Shown: positions 26,888 through 35,460 of the stretch, piece by piece | How positions within the stretch are numbered: the first letter of the stretch is position 1 | Layout of the letters: the number at the start of each line of letters is the position of its first letter | NCBI GenBank assembly: GCA_035296685.1 | Contig: DATHAK010000220.1 | Span: 610 to 64,609, forward strand | From: Blastococcus sp. | Lineage (GTDB): Bacteria; Actinomycetota; Actinomycetes; Mycobacteriales; Geodermatophilaceae | Length of the DNA: 64,000 nucleotides | Direction: 5' to 3' | The notes under the pieces: generated by a model | What the model saw: the letters and a program-made list of their open reading frames with translations, nothing else | What the model was told of the DNA's origin: nothing | Databases searched by the model: none | Made by a program: the position numbers and the translations under genes

Positions 26888-26942
26888 AGGACCCTCATGC
26901 TCCCCACCACTCGCAGGCTCGCGGCGGGCCCCTGCATGAGGG
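26888..26942 (+). repeat. Structured ~55 bp intergenic repeat, copy D
   Basis: AGGA-CCCTCATGC-TCCCCACCAC-TCGCAGGCTC-GCGGCGGGCCCCT-GCATGAGGG (9 bp perfect outer stem). Confidence 0.88.
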
Positions 26943-26946
26943 CCAC

Positions 26947-28119
26947 GTGACCGAGCTCGGCCGGCTGCTGGACTTCGCGGAGCGCTCCCGCCTGCCACAG
27001 GGCGGCTTCGGCTACCTCGGGGACGACGGCCGGGTGCTGCCGGACCGGCCGGTCGAGACTTGGATCGTGGCGCGGATGACGCACGTCTTCGGGCTGGCCA
27101 CGCTGCTGGGCCGGCTGGGAGCGGACGAACTGGTCCGGCACGGCATCGAGGCGCTGACGACAGGACCGCTGCACGACGCCGAGCACGGTGGCTGGCGGGC
27201 GAGCACCGAGGACGACGCCAAGACCGCCTACGTCCACGCCTTCGTGCTGCTGGCCGCCTCGACGGCCACGACGGCCGGCGATCCCGGCGCCCTCGCGCTC
27301 CTCAACGAGGCGCTGGGACTCTGGGAGACCTGGTTCTGGGACGACGAGACGGGGATGGCCGTCGAGGAGTGGGACCGCACGTGGTCCCGCCTCGACGACT
27401 ACCGGGGCGTCAACGCGAACATGCACGGCGTCGAGGCCTCCCTCGCCGCCGCCGACGCCCTCGAGGCGACCGATCCGGCGGTCGCCTGGGACCTGCGGGC
27501 CCAGGCGCTGCGGACCACCGAGCGGGTGCTGCACGGCTGGGCCCGCCAGCGGGACTGGCGCCTGCCCGAGCACTACACCTCAGGCTGGGAGCCGTTGCCC
27601 GAGCACAACCGCGAGCGCCCGGCCGATCCCTTCCGTCCGTTCGGCGTGACGATCGGGCACCAGTTCGAGTGGGCGCGGCTGGCCCTCCACGTCCGCGCGG
27701 TCGCCGCCGATCCCCCGGCCTGGCTGCTCGACGACGCCGTGGGCATGTTCGACGCCGCAGCCGAACGGGGCTGGGCGGCCGACGGGCAGGAGGGCTTCCC
27801 CTACACCCTCGACTGGGACGACCGTCCGGTCGTCGGCGCCCGCATGCACTGGGTGCTCTGCGAGGCGATCGCCGCCGCGGCCGTGCTCGCCCGCTCGACC
27901 CGCGAGGACCGGTACCGCGAACTGGCCGACCGGTGGCTGGCGCACGGGGAGGCGCACTTCGCCGACCCGGCCACCGGAAGCTGGCACCACGAGCTCACCC
28001 CGACCGGCGACCTGGGCACCGGCACGTGGGCGGGACAGCCCGACGCCTACCACCTCGCCCAGATGCTGCTGCTCGACGGCCGGCCGGTCCGGGGCAGCGT
28101 CGCCGCGGCCCTGCGGTGA
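26947..28119 (+). CDS. AGE-family sugar epimerase/isomerase (YihS/mannose isomerase-like)
   Basis: ARMTHVF, YVHAFVLLA, YRGVNANMH, TIGHQFEW, RMHWV.CEA, SWHHEL, DAYH. Confidence 0.9.
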   Translation: MTELGRLLDFAERSRLPQGGFGYLGDDGRVLPDRPVETWIVARMTHVFGLATLLGRLGADELVRHGIEALTTGPLHDAEHGGWRASTEDDAKTAYVHAFVLLAASTATTAGDPGALALLNEALGLWETWFWDDETGMAVEEWDRTWSRLDDYRGVNANMHGVEASLAAADALEATDPAVAWDLRAQALRTTERVLHGWARQRDWRLPEHYTSGWEPLPEHNRERPADPFRPFGVTIGHQFEWARLALHVRAVAADPPAWLLDDAVGMFDAAAERGWAADGQEGFPYTLDWDDRPVVGARMHWVLCEAIAAAAVLARSTREDRYRELADRWLAHGEAHFADPATGSWHHELTPTGDLGTGTWAGQPDAYHLAQMLLLDGRPVRGSVAAALR

Positions 28120-28138
28120 CGAGGGTGCTGGCGCGGAC

Positions 28139-28906
28139 TCAGCCGGGCAGCGTCGTCTCGACCAGCGCCTCGCGGCCCGCACCCCCGGAGACGGGAACCG
28201 CCAGGACCGGACCGACGTCCGGCGCGTAGAACTTCAGCTCGACGACGTCGGGCTCGAGCGGCGTCGTCTCCCGCGTCATCAGCACCCCCGTGTACGTGCC
28301 GGTCGGCACCTGCACCTGCTCGCCGGTCGACAGCACGAACGCCTCGTCCTCCGCCTCGCCGGCCAGGTACTCCTGCCGGTAGTGCTGCCCTGGCCGCGGC
28401 TCGGCGGGCAGCAGGATGCCGGGCTGGGCGCCGTCCCGGCCGGCCTCCCACGAGCCCTCCGTCGAGACGATCTGCCCGTTCTCGTACTCCGCGGTCTGCT
28501 CGCCGAGGTACCAGACGTTGCCGCCGGCGTCCTGCGCGTACCAGTCCAGGGTGTCCTCGAGGGTTCTCCCGCCCTCGGTGACCACGTCGTGCACGACGCG
28601 AGCCTCGACGCCGTCGGCCGTCGTCCGCGTCCGGTCCAGCACGGTGACCTCGACCCGCTGGACGCTGCCCCCGCCGTCGGTCTCCTCGTACACCCACCGG
28701 TCGCCCGGTCGCATCGGCCAGTACCGGTGGGTGATGTCGGGGGTGAAGGCGGCCGGGTCGAGCTCGACGGGGTCGTCGCCGCGGGGGAGGGACGGCGCCG
28801 TCGGCGATCCGGGGTCCCCGGCCGGCCCACTGCCGCAGGCGCTCAGGGCCAGCGCACCGAGGGGGCCGAGGACGAGGGCGCGGCGCCGGTCAGCCGCCGT
28901 CCTCAT
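28139..28906 (-). CDS. Hypothetical lipoprotein
   Basis: Lipobox LSA-C; body ITHRYWPMRPG.RW.YE...DWYAQD..GNVWYLGE...SWEAG.DGAQPG...KFYAP.VG.V. Confidence 0.8.
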   Translation of the reverse strand: MRTAADRRRALVLGPLGALALSACGSGPAGDPGSPTAPSLPRGDDPVELDPAAFTPDITHRYWPMRPGDRWVYEETDGGGSVQRVEVTVLDRTRTTADGVEARVVHDVVTEGGRTLEDTLDWYAQDAGGNVWYLGEQTAEYENGQIVSTEGSWEAGRDGAQPGILLPAEPRPGQHYRQEYLAGEAEDEAFVLSTGEQVQVPTGTYTGVLMTRETTPLEPDVVELKFYAPDVGPVLAVPVSGGAGREALVETTLPG

Positions 28907-29243
28907 CGGAATCCTCCTCGCCGGCCTCGTCGTCGTCGGCGCTGCTGCCGACGACCACGAAGTCCTCGTCGAGCTGGACGTCGACCCGGGTGCCGTCGCC
29001 CATGGTCACCTCCACCTCGTAGTAGCTCTCCTCGTCGCCGACCTCCGTGCCGGTGACCCGGCCGCCCCCGGTCTCGGCGAGGGCGGCCTCGCTCGCCCTC
29101 TCCAGCGCGTCGCCGGTGATGGCGACGTCCGGGCCCTCGTCGGAGTCGCCGTCGCCACCTCCGCCGGCCACGGCCACCCCGGCGCCGGCGGCCACGACCG
29201 CCGCCGCTCCGATCGCCACGGCGAACTTCCTCGACCTGCTCAT
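28890..29243 (-). CDS. Secreted PepSY-like domain protein
   Basis: Signal peptide, then A..AAL..TGGGRVT.TE...YYEVEV...G..VDVQLD; acidic tail; GGAGG RBS. Confidence 0.8.
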   Translation of the reverse strand: MSRSRKFAVAIGAAAVVAAGAGVAVAGGGGDGDSDEGPDVAITGDALERASEAALAETGGGRVTGTEVGDEESYYEVEVTMGDGTRVDVQLDEDFVVVGSSADDDEAGEEDSDEDGG

Positions 29244-29298
29244 GAGTGCCCTCCTCAGTTGTCGAATCCCCGTGTGGATGCCGATGGTGGCCCGGTGT

Positions 29299-29324
29299 CC
29301 TGACGGCGGCCTGAGCCGTTCAGG
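29299..29324. promoter_or_regulatory. Candidate OmpR-family response-regulator site
   Basis: CCTGA direct repeats 11 bp apart (29299, 29310) plus inverted TCAGG (29320). Confidence 0.5.
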
Positions 29325-29375
29325 CTCCCGAAAGGTTCGACGGCCGAGCATGATCCGCAGCACAGGGAGGACGGC

Positions 29376-30047
29376 GTGAAGCTGCTGCTCGTCGACGACG
29401 ACGCGGTGCTCACGCGCGCCTTGCGCCGTGGCCTGGTGGCCGAGGGGTTCTCGGTCGAAGTGGCCTTCGACGGGCCGGAGGGGCTGTGGCGGGCCCGCGA
29501 GGGCGGCTACGACCTGATCCTGCTCGACATCATGCTGCCCGGCGCCCACGGGTACCGGGTCTGCGCGGAGCTGCGGCGGTCGGGCGTGCTGACGCCGATC
29601 CTCATGCTCACCGCCAAGGACGGCGACCTCGACGAGGCGGAGGCCCTGGACACCGGGGCCGACGACTACCTGCGGAAACCGTTCTCCTTCCCGGTACTGG
29701 TGGCCCGCGTCCACGCTCTCCTGCGCCGGGCGGCCCTCGGGACGCCCGCCCCGCTCGTCGCCGGGGACCTGCGGCTGGACGTGGGGGCAAGGCGGGCCCT
29801 GCGGGGCGGCGAGCCGGTGCCGCTGACCGCCCGGGAGTTCGACCTGCTCACCTATCTGGTCCGGCGGGCCGGGCGGGTCGTCTCGAAGCGCGAGATCCTC
29901 GCGGGGGTGTGGGACGACGCCTTCGAGGGCGACCCCAACGTGGTGGAGGTCTACGTCGCCCGGCTGCGGCGGAAGCTGGACGGGCCGGACGGGCGCCGGA
30001 GCATCGAGACGGTGCGCGGCGCCGGGTACCGGATCGCCGACCGGTGA
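29376..30047 (+). CDS. OmpR/PhoB family response regulator
   Basis: LLVDDD, LDIMLPG, LTAK, GADDYLRKPF, ETVRGAGY. Confidence 0.96.
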   Translation: MKLLLVDDDAVLTRALRRGLVAEGFSVEVAFDGPEGLWRAREGGYDLILLDIMLPGAHGYRVCAELRRSGVLTPILMLTAKDGDLDEAEALDTGADDYLRKPFSFPVLVARVHALLRRAALGTPAPLVAGDLRLDVGARRALRGGEPVPLTAREFDLLTYLVRRAGRVVSKREILAGVWDDAFEGDPNVVEVYVARLRRKLDGPDGRRSIETVRGAGYRIADR

Positions 30048-31411
30048 CCGGGCGGCGGCTCCTCCCCGGCAGCCTGCGCTTCCGGGTGACCGCGCTCGCC
30101 GCCCTCGCCGTGCTCGGCGTGCTGACCGCCGTCGGCACCGGGGTCGTCCTCACCCACCGGGCGGTCCTGATCGAGAGCCTGGACGAGGGCCTGGGCGACC
30201 GGGCGGAGACCATCGCCGGGCAGGTGCGTTCCGGGCGGGCGTTCGGGCGGGGAGACCTGCCGACCGACGACGTCCTCGCCCAGGTGGTCGGCGCGGACGG
30301 CACCGTGCTCGCCGCGTCGCCCGGCCTGGGTGACGTCCGGCTCGGATCCGGCGTGCCCGAGCGCACCACGGTCACCGACGGGCGGTTCCCGGACGGTGGA
30401 CAGGCGCGCGTGGTGGCGGCGCCGGCCGGCGCGGCCGCCGTCTACGTCGCCGGCAGCCTCGAGGACGTCGAGCGGAGCACCGGCACCCTCGTGGGCTCCC
30501 TCCTCGTCGCCGTCCCGCTCAGCTCCGCGGCGCTCGCGGCCCTCGTCTGGTGGCTGGTCGGACGGGTGCTGCGACCGGTCGAGGACATCCGTGCCGAGGT
30601 CGACCGCATCTCGGCCCGCCGCCTCGACCGCAGGGTGCCCGAACCGTCGACTCCGGACGAGGTCGCCCGGCTGGCACGCACCATGAACGCGATGCTCGAC
30701 CGGCTGGCCGCGGCGGCGGCGGAGCAGCGGCGCTTCGTCGCCGATGCCGCCCACGAGCTGCGCAGCCCGCTCGCGCGGATCCGCGCCCAGCTGGAGGTGG
30801 ACGCGGCGCATCCCGGCTCCGCCGATCCCCGCGCCACGCACGCGTCGGTGCTCGACGAGACGGTCCGGTTGCAGCGGCTGGTCGACGATCTGCTGCTCCT
30901 CGCCCGGGGGGACGCGGGCGCGCTCGACCTCGACCGGGCCGGCCCGGTGGACCTGGACCACGTGGTGGAGGGGCTGGTGCGGGGGCGGGGCGCACAGGAC
31001 GGCCCGAGGATCGAGACCCGCGGCGTGGGGGCGGTCCAGGTGCGCGGCGACGCGGCGCAGCTCGCCCGGGCGGTGGGCAACCTGCTCGACAACGCCGTCC
31101 GCCATGCGCGCAGCACGGTCACCGTGCACCTGGCCGAGGACGACGGCGGACGGGCCGTGCTGACGGTGGCCGACGACGGACCCGGCATCCCGGCGGCCGA
31201 CCGGGAGCGCGTGTTCGACCGGTTCACCCGGCTCGACGAGGCCCGGTCGGCCGACGGCGGTGCCGGACTGGGTCTCGCGATCGTCCGCGACATCGCGCAA
31301 CGGCACGGGGGCACCCTCACGCTGGAGACCGCCGCGCCGGAGGGGGCCCGGTTCGCGTTCACCCTCCCAGGGGACGGGGTGTCCGCCGCGTCGCCTCCGG
31401 GTAGGGCCTGA
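30044..31411 (+). CDS. Sensor histidine kinase (HAMP-HisKA-HATPase)
   Basis: Two TM, DAAHELRSPL, NLLDNA, DDGPGI, GAGLGLAI; GTGA overlap with the regulator stop. Confidence 0.95.
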   Translation: MTGRRLLPGSLRFRVTALAALAVLGVLTAVGTGVVLTHRAVLIESLDEGLGDRAETIAGQVRSGRAFGRGDLPTDDVLAQVVGADGTVLAASPGLGDVRLGSGVPERTTVTDGRFPDGGQARVVAAPAGAAAVYVAGSLEDVERSTGTLVGSLLVAVPLSSAALAALVWWLVGRVLRPVEDIRAEVDRISARRLDRRVPEPSTPDEVARLARTMNAMLDRLAAAAAEQRRFVADAAHELRSPLARIRAQLEVDAAHPGSADPRATHASVLDETVRLQRLVDDLLLLARGDAGALDLDRAGPVDLDHVVEGLVRGRGAQDGPRIETRGVGAVQVRGDAAQLARAVGNLLDNAVRHARSTVTVHLAEDDGGRAVLTVADDGPGIPAADRERVFDRFTRLDEARSADGGAGLGLAIVRDIAQRHGGTLTLETAAPEGARFAFTLPGDGVSAASPPGRA

Positions 31412-31441
31412 CCAGGCACATTCCGACCGAAGGAGCAGAAC

Positions 31442-31903
31442 GTGGCAAGCGTGCAGGAGTCCGTCGACGTCGACGTCCCGATCCGGGTCGCGTACGACCA
31501 GTGGACGCAGTTCGAGTCGTTCCCGCAGTTCATGGGCGGCGTCGAGCGCATCACCCAGCTCGACGACACCCACACGCACTGGGTCACCAACGTCGACGGC
31601 GTGAAGCGTGAGTTCGACGCCGAGATCACCGAGCAGCACCCCGAGGAGCGGGTCGCCTGGACCAGCACCAGCGGCGAGGCCAAGCACGCCGGGGTGGTCA
31701 CCTTCCACCGGCTGGACGAGTCGAAGACCCGCGTGATGATCCAGATCGACTGGGAGCCGGAGGGCCTGGTCGAGAAGGCCGGCGCCGCCCTCGGCTTCGA
31801 CGACCGTCAGGTGAAAGCGGACGCGAAGCGGTTCAAGGAGTTCATCGAGAGCCGCGGCACCGAGACCGGCGCCTGGCGCGGGGACGTCGAGCGCCCCAGC
31901 TGA
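31442..31903 (+). CDS. SRPBCC / polyketide cyclase-dehydrase family protein
   Basis: VDVPIRVAYDQWTQFESFPQFM, AGVVTFHRL; AAGGAG RBS. Confidence 0.92.
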   Translation: MASVQESVDVDVPIRVAYDQWTQFESFPQFMGGVERITQLDDTHTHWVTNVDGVKREFDAEITEQHPEERVAWTSTSGEAKHAGVVTFHRLDESKTRVMIQIDWEPEGLVEKAGAALGFDDRQVKADAKRFKEFIESRGTETGAWRGDVERPS

Positions 31904-31918
31904 TCCCTCTCCAGACGC

Positions 31919-31954
31919 CGACGGCGCCCGCCCCCTCGGGGACGGGCGCCGTCG
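31919..31954. terminator. Bidirectional terminator between convergent genes
   Basis: CGACGGCGCCCG...CGGGCGCCGTCG stem. Confidence 0.8.
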
Positions 31955-31961
31955 CTGTCTC

Positions 31962-32222
31962 TTATTCGGCGTCGAGGTCCTCGGCGACCATGCCGGCGAT
32001 CTGGTCCAGCACCGTCTGGTCCTCGCTGGTGACCACCACCTCCGCGCCCTGCTTGGCGCCGAGGGTCATGATCATGAGTGGGGACCCGGCGTCGATGGGC
32101 GCGCCCCCCGGGGTGTGCAGGGTGACCGGGACCCCGGCCTTCCCCACGGCCTCGGCGATCAGGGCGGCGGGACGGGCGTGCAACCCGACCCGGGAGCCGA
32201 CGGTGACGGTCTGACTGGGCAT
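31962..32222 (-). CDS. ptsH: PTS phosphocarrier HPr
   Basis: GLHARPAA (His15) motif. Confidence 0.96.
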   Translation of the reverse strand: MPSQTVTVGSRVGLHARPAALIAEAVGKAGVPVTLHTPGGAPIDAGSPLMIMTLGAKQGAEVVVTSEDQTVLDQIAGMVAEDLDAE

Positions 32223-32260
32223 CGATCCTCTTCCTCGCTGCTCGGAGATGTCTGTAACGG

Positions 32261-32316
32261 CACCCTTGCAGGGTCCCGCCGCGAGCGCGCGAGCGGCGGG
32301 GGGGCAAGGGTGTCCT
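32261..32316 (-). repeat. Structured ~55 bp intergenic repeat, copy B
   Basis: AGGA-CACCCTTGC-CCCCCCGCCGC-TCGCGCGCTC-GCGGCGGGACCCT-GCAAGGGTG (9 bp perfect outer stem). Confidence 0.88.
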
Positions 32317-32324
32317 TCTACCTG

Positions 32325-34421
32325 TCAGACGGTCCCGGCGCGCGCCGGGACGTGCACGGGGGTGTGCGCGTGCTCGAGGTCGACGGCGTCCTCGGGGGCC
32401 TCCTCGGCGTCGGAGCGCCCGATGCTCTTCAGCACCGTGACGGCCAGAGCGCCGACGACGGTGCCCACGACCAGCGCGACCAGGAACCACAGGATCCCGC
32501 TGATGGCGAAGAACACGAAGATGCCGCCGTGCGGGGCGCGCAGTTGCACACCGGCGCCCGCGACGATCGCTCCGGTGGTCGCGCCGCCGAGCATCATCGA
32601 GGGGATGACCCGCAGCGGGTCGGCCGCCGCGAACGGGATCGCGCCCTCGGAGATGAACGACAGGCCGAGCAGCCAGGCGGCCTTGCCGTTGTCCCGCTCC
32701 GCCGGGGTGTACAGCTTCGGCCGGAGCGCGGTGCTCAGCGCCATCGCCAGCGGAGGCACCATGCCGGCCGCCATCACGGTCGCCATGATCACCAGCGGGG
32801 TGCCCGAGGCCGCGGCGGTGAGTCCGGTGGTGGCGAAGACGTAGGCCGCCTTGTTGATGGGGCCGCCGAGGTCGAAGCACATCATCAGCCCGAGGATGAT
32901 GCCCAGAAGGATCGCCGACGTGCCGGTCAGGCCGCTGAGCCAGTTGCCCAGACCGGTCAGCGCGGCGGCCAGTGGTCGGCCGAGGACGGCAACCATGAGA
33001 CCACTGGAGATCAACGTCGCCAGCAGCGGGATGATCACGACCGGCTGCAGACCGCGGACACCGAGCGGCAGCTTCCAGCGGCTGATCCACAGCGCGGCGA
33101 ACCCGGCGATGATGCCGCCGACCAGGCCGCCGATGAAGCCCGCGCCCACGGTGACCGAGACGGCGCCGACGACGAAGCCGGGCACGATGCCCGGGCGGTC
33201 GGCGATCGCGAAGGCGATGAAGCCGGCCAGTGCCGGGACGAGGAAGCCGAAGGCCGCCTGCCCCAGGACGGTGCACACCGCGCCCAGGTAGCCGAGGAAG
33301 CCATCGTTGAGGCCCTCGATCCCCGACGCGCTCGGCAGGTTGAAGAACGAGTTGTCGAGCACCCAGCTCAGCGCGTAGCTCTGGCCGTCCGCGTCGGGAT
33401 TGCCGGTGACGATCTTGTAGCCGCCGAACAGGAAGCCCAGCGCGATCAGCAGACCGCCGGCCGCGACGAACGGGATCATGTAGCTGACACCGGTAAGCAG
33501 CCAGCGACGCACCTCCGACGCGCCCCGTCCGGCACCGCCACCGCTCGAGGCGGCGGGACCGGCTCCGGTCGCGCCGCCGGTGACGCGGCGCGCGTTCGGG
33601 TCGTCCGCGGCCGCGAGCGCCTCGCGGATCATCACGTCGGGCTCGTTGATGGCGCGCTTCGTACCGCTCTGCACCAGCGGCTTGCCGGCGAACCGGTCCT
33701 GGTCGCGGACGCCGACGTCGACGGCGAAGATCACCGCGTCGGCGGCCCGGATGAGCGCCGGGTCGAGCGGGGTGGAGCCGGACGACCCCTGGGTCTCGAC
33801 GTGCACGTCGACGCCGGCGTCCTGCGCGGCCGCCGTGAGCTTGTCGGCCGCCATGTAGGTGTGCGCGATGCCGGTCGGGCAGGCGCTGACCACAACGATG
33901 CTCTTCCGGGCGGTGGTCGCCGCGGCGGGGGCGGAGGCGGTGGCGGCAGCGGGCGCGGCCGCCGTCTCCGCGGGCGCAACGACATCCTGGACCAGGGTCA
34001 CGATCTCGTCGGCCGAGGCCGCCGCCCGCAGCGAGGCCACGAAGTCGGGCCGTACGAGCGCGCGGGCCAGCGCGGTCAGCAGGGTGAGGTGGTCGGCGTC
34101 GCCCTCGGCTGGTGCGGCGATGAGGAAGACCAGGTCGGCCGGGCCGTCCGGGGCGCCGAAGTCGACCTTCGGGTCGAGCCGAGCGAAGCCGAGGGACGCC
34201 TGGGTGACGGCGGCGGAACGGCAGTGCGGGATGGCGATGCCACCCGGCAGGCCGGTGGGGGCCTGCGCCTCACGGGCCATGGCATCACCGTGCAGCGCCT
34301 CCCCGCTGGTCGCCCTGCCGGCGCCCGCGACCAGATCGGCCAGCCGGCGGACGACGGTGCTCTTGTCGGAGCCCAGATCCGCGTCGAGGGCGACGAGGTC
34401 GGGGGTGATCAGTGCGGTCAT
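32325..34421 (-). CDS. fruA: PTS fructose-specific EIIABC
   Basis: IIA GIAIPHCR, IIB ACPTGIAHTYMAA, IIC GVSYMIPFV, DLGGPINKA, ISEGAIPFA. Confidence 0.96.
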   Translation of the reverse strand: MTALITPDLVALDADLGSDKSTVVRRLADLVAGAGRATSGEALHGDAMAREAQAPTGLPGGIAIPHCRSAAVTQASLGFARLDPKVDFGAPDGPADLVFLIAAPAEGDADHLTLLTALARALVRPDFVASLRAAASADEIVTLVQDVVAPAETAAAPAAATASAPAAATTARKSIVVVSACPTGIAHTYMAADKLTAAAQDAGVDVHVETQGSSGSTPLDPALIRAADAVIFAVDVGVRDQDRFAGKPLVQSGTKRAINEPDVMIREALAAADDPNARRVTGGATGAGPAASSGGGAGRGASEVRRWLLTGVSYMIPFVAAGGLLIALGFLFGGYKIVTGNPDADGQSYALSWVLDNSFFNLPSASGIEGLNDGFLGYLGAVCTVLGQAAFGFLVPALAGFIAFAIADRPGIVPGFVVGAVSVTVGAGFIGGLVGGIIAGFAALWISRWKLPLGVRGLQPVVIIPLLATLISSGLMVAVLGRPLAAALTGLGNWLSGLTGTSAILLGIILGLMMCFDLGGPINKAAYVFATTGLTAAASGTPLVIMATVMAAGMVPPLAMALSTALRPKLYTPAERDNGKAAWLLGLSFISEGAIPFAAADPLRVIPSMMLGGATTGAIVAGAGVQLRAPHGGIFVFFAISGILWFLVALVVGTVVGALAVTVLKSIGRSDAEEAPEDAVDLEHAHTPVHVPARAGTV

Positions 34422-34440
34422 CGAGACCCTCTTCCAGAGG

Positions 34441-35460
34441 TCAGGAGGCGTCCCGGCCGGCGGCCGGGACGGGGGTGAGAGCGCTGGAGCTGCCGGGCAC
34501 GCCGGCGGTGACGGACACGGCGAGCAGATCGACGTCGCCCGGTTCGGGCAGGGCGGAGCCGGGCAACGATGCCGCGGCCGCCCCGAAAGCGACCGCGGCC
34601 CGCAGTCGCTCGGATGGCGGTGCGCCGGCCAGGTCGGCCAGCAGGTAGCCCGCCAGGCTGCTGTCGCCCGCACCGACGGTGCTGCGGACGGTGATGCGCG
34701 GCGGCCGGGCGGACCAGACGCCCTCGGCCGTGGAGAGGACGGCGCCGTCCCCGCCGAGGGTGAGCAGGACCTCGGCGACCCCGCGCCGGTGGAGGGTGCC
34801 CACCGCGGCCATCGTCGCGGCGGGGTCGCCGAGCACCTCGTCCTCCGGGATGCCGGCCAGCTGGGCCAGCTCCTCGGAGTTCGGCTTCAGCAGGTCGGGC
34901 GCGCACTCCGGGCCCGCGGCCAGCAGTGCGAGCAGCGGGGCCTCGCTGGTGTCGACGGCGACCCGGGCGCCGGTGTCGCGCAGCGACGCGACCAGCTCGC
35001 CGTACCAGCCGGGCGGCGTGCCCGGAGGCAGGGAGCCGGAGAGCACGACCCAGCGCGCACCCTCGGCGTGGTCGTGCAGGGCCGCGTCCAGCGCCGACCG
35101 GGTGGCCCCGTCCAGCGGCGCGCCCGGCTCGTTGAGCTTCGTCGTCGTCCCGTCGGGCGCGACCAGCGTGTAGTTGGTCCGCACCGGCGTGCGCACCGGG
35201 ACCGTGGCCAGCTCCAGGCCGATCTCGCGCAGTGCCGTCACCAGCGGGTCGGAGGCCGCGGCCGGCAGCACGGAGACGACGTCCCCTCCGGCCGCGGCGA
35301 CGGCGCGGGCGACGTTGACCCCCTTGCCGCCGGGCTCGGTGCTCGCGGCGGTGAGGCGCATGATGCCGCCCTCGACGAGCGGGCCGGGCAGCTCCAGGGT
35401 GCGGTCGAGACTCGGATTGGCGGTCAGTGTGACCACGCGCGCGCCGTGGGTGCGGCTCAT
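34441..35460 (-). CDS. fruK: 1-phosphofructokinase
   Basis: TLTANPSLD, GGKGVNVA, LKPNSEEL, STVGAGDS. Confidence 0.94.
   Translation of the reverse strand: MSRTHGARVVTLTANPSLDRTLELPGPLVEGGIMRLTAASTEPGGKGVNVARAVAAAGGDVVSVLPAAASDPLVTALREIGLELATVPVRTPVRTNYTLVAPDGTTTKLNEPGAPLDGATRSALDAALHDHAEGARWVVLSGSLPPGTPPGWYGELVASLRDTGARVAVDTSEAPLLALLAAGPECAPDLLKPNSEELAQLAGIPEDEVLGDPAATMAAVGTLHRRGVAEVLLTLGGDGAVLSTAEGVWSARPPRITVRSTVGAGDSSLAGYLLADLAGAPPSERLRAAVAFGAAAASLPGSALPEPGDVDLLAVSVTAGVPGSSSALTPVPAAGRDAS

Noticed and set aside
31379-31404. SigB/F-type promoters for the SRPBCC gene (GGGTAG at 31399) and FKBP (GGGAAC at 1612)
   Set aside because: The -10 looks right, but there is no GTT(T) -35 at 14-16 nt, so they were not counted in the regulon.
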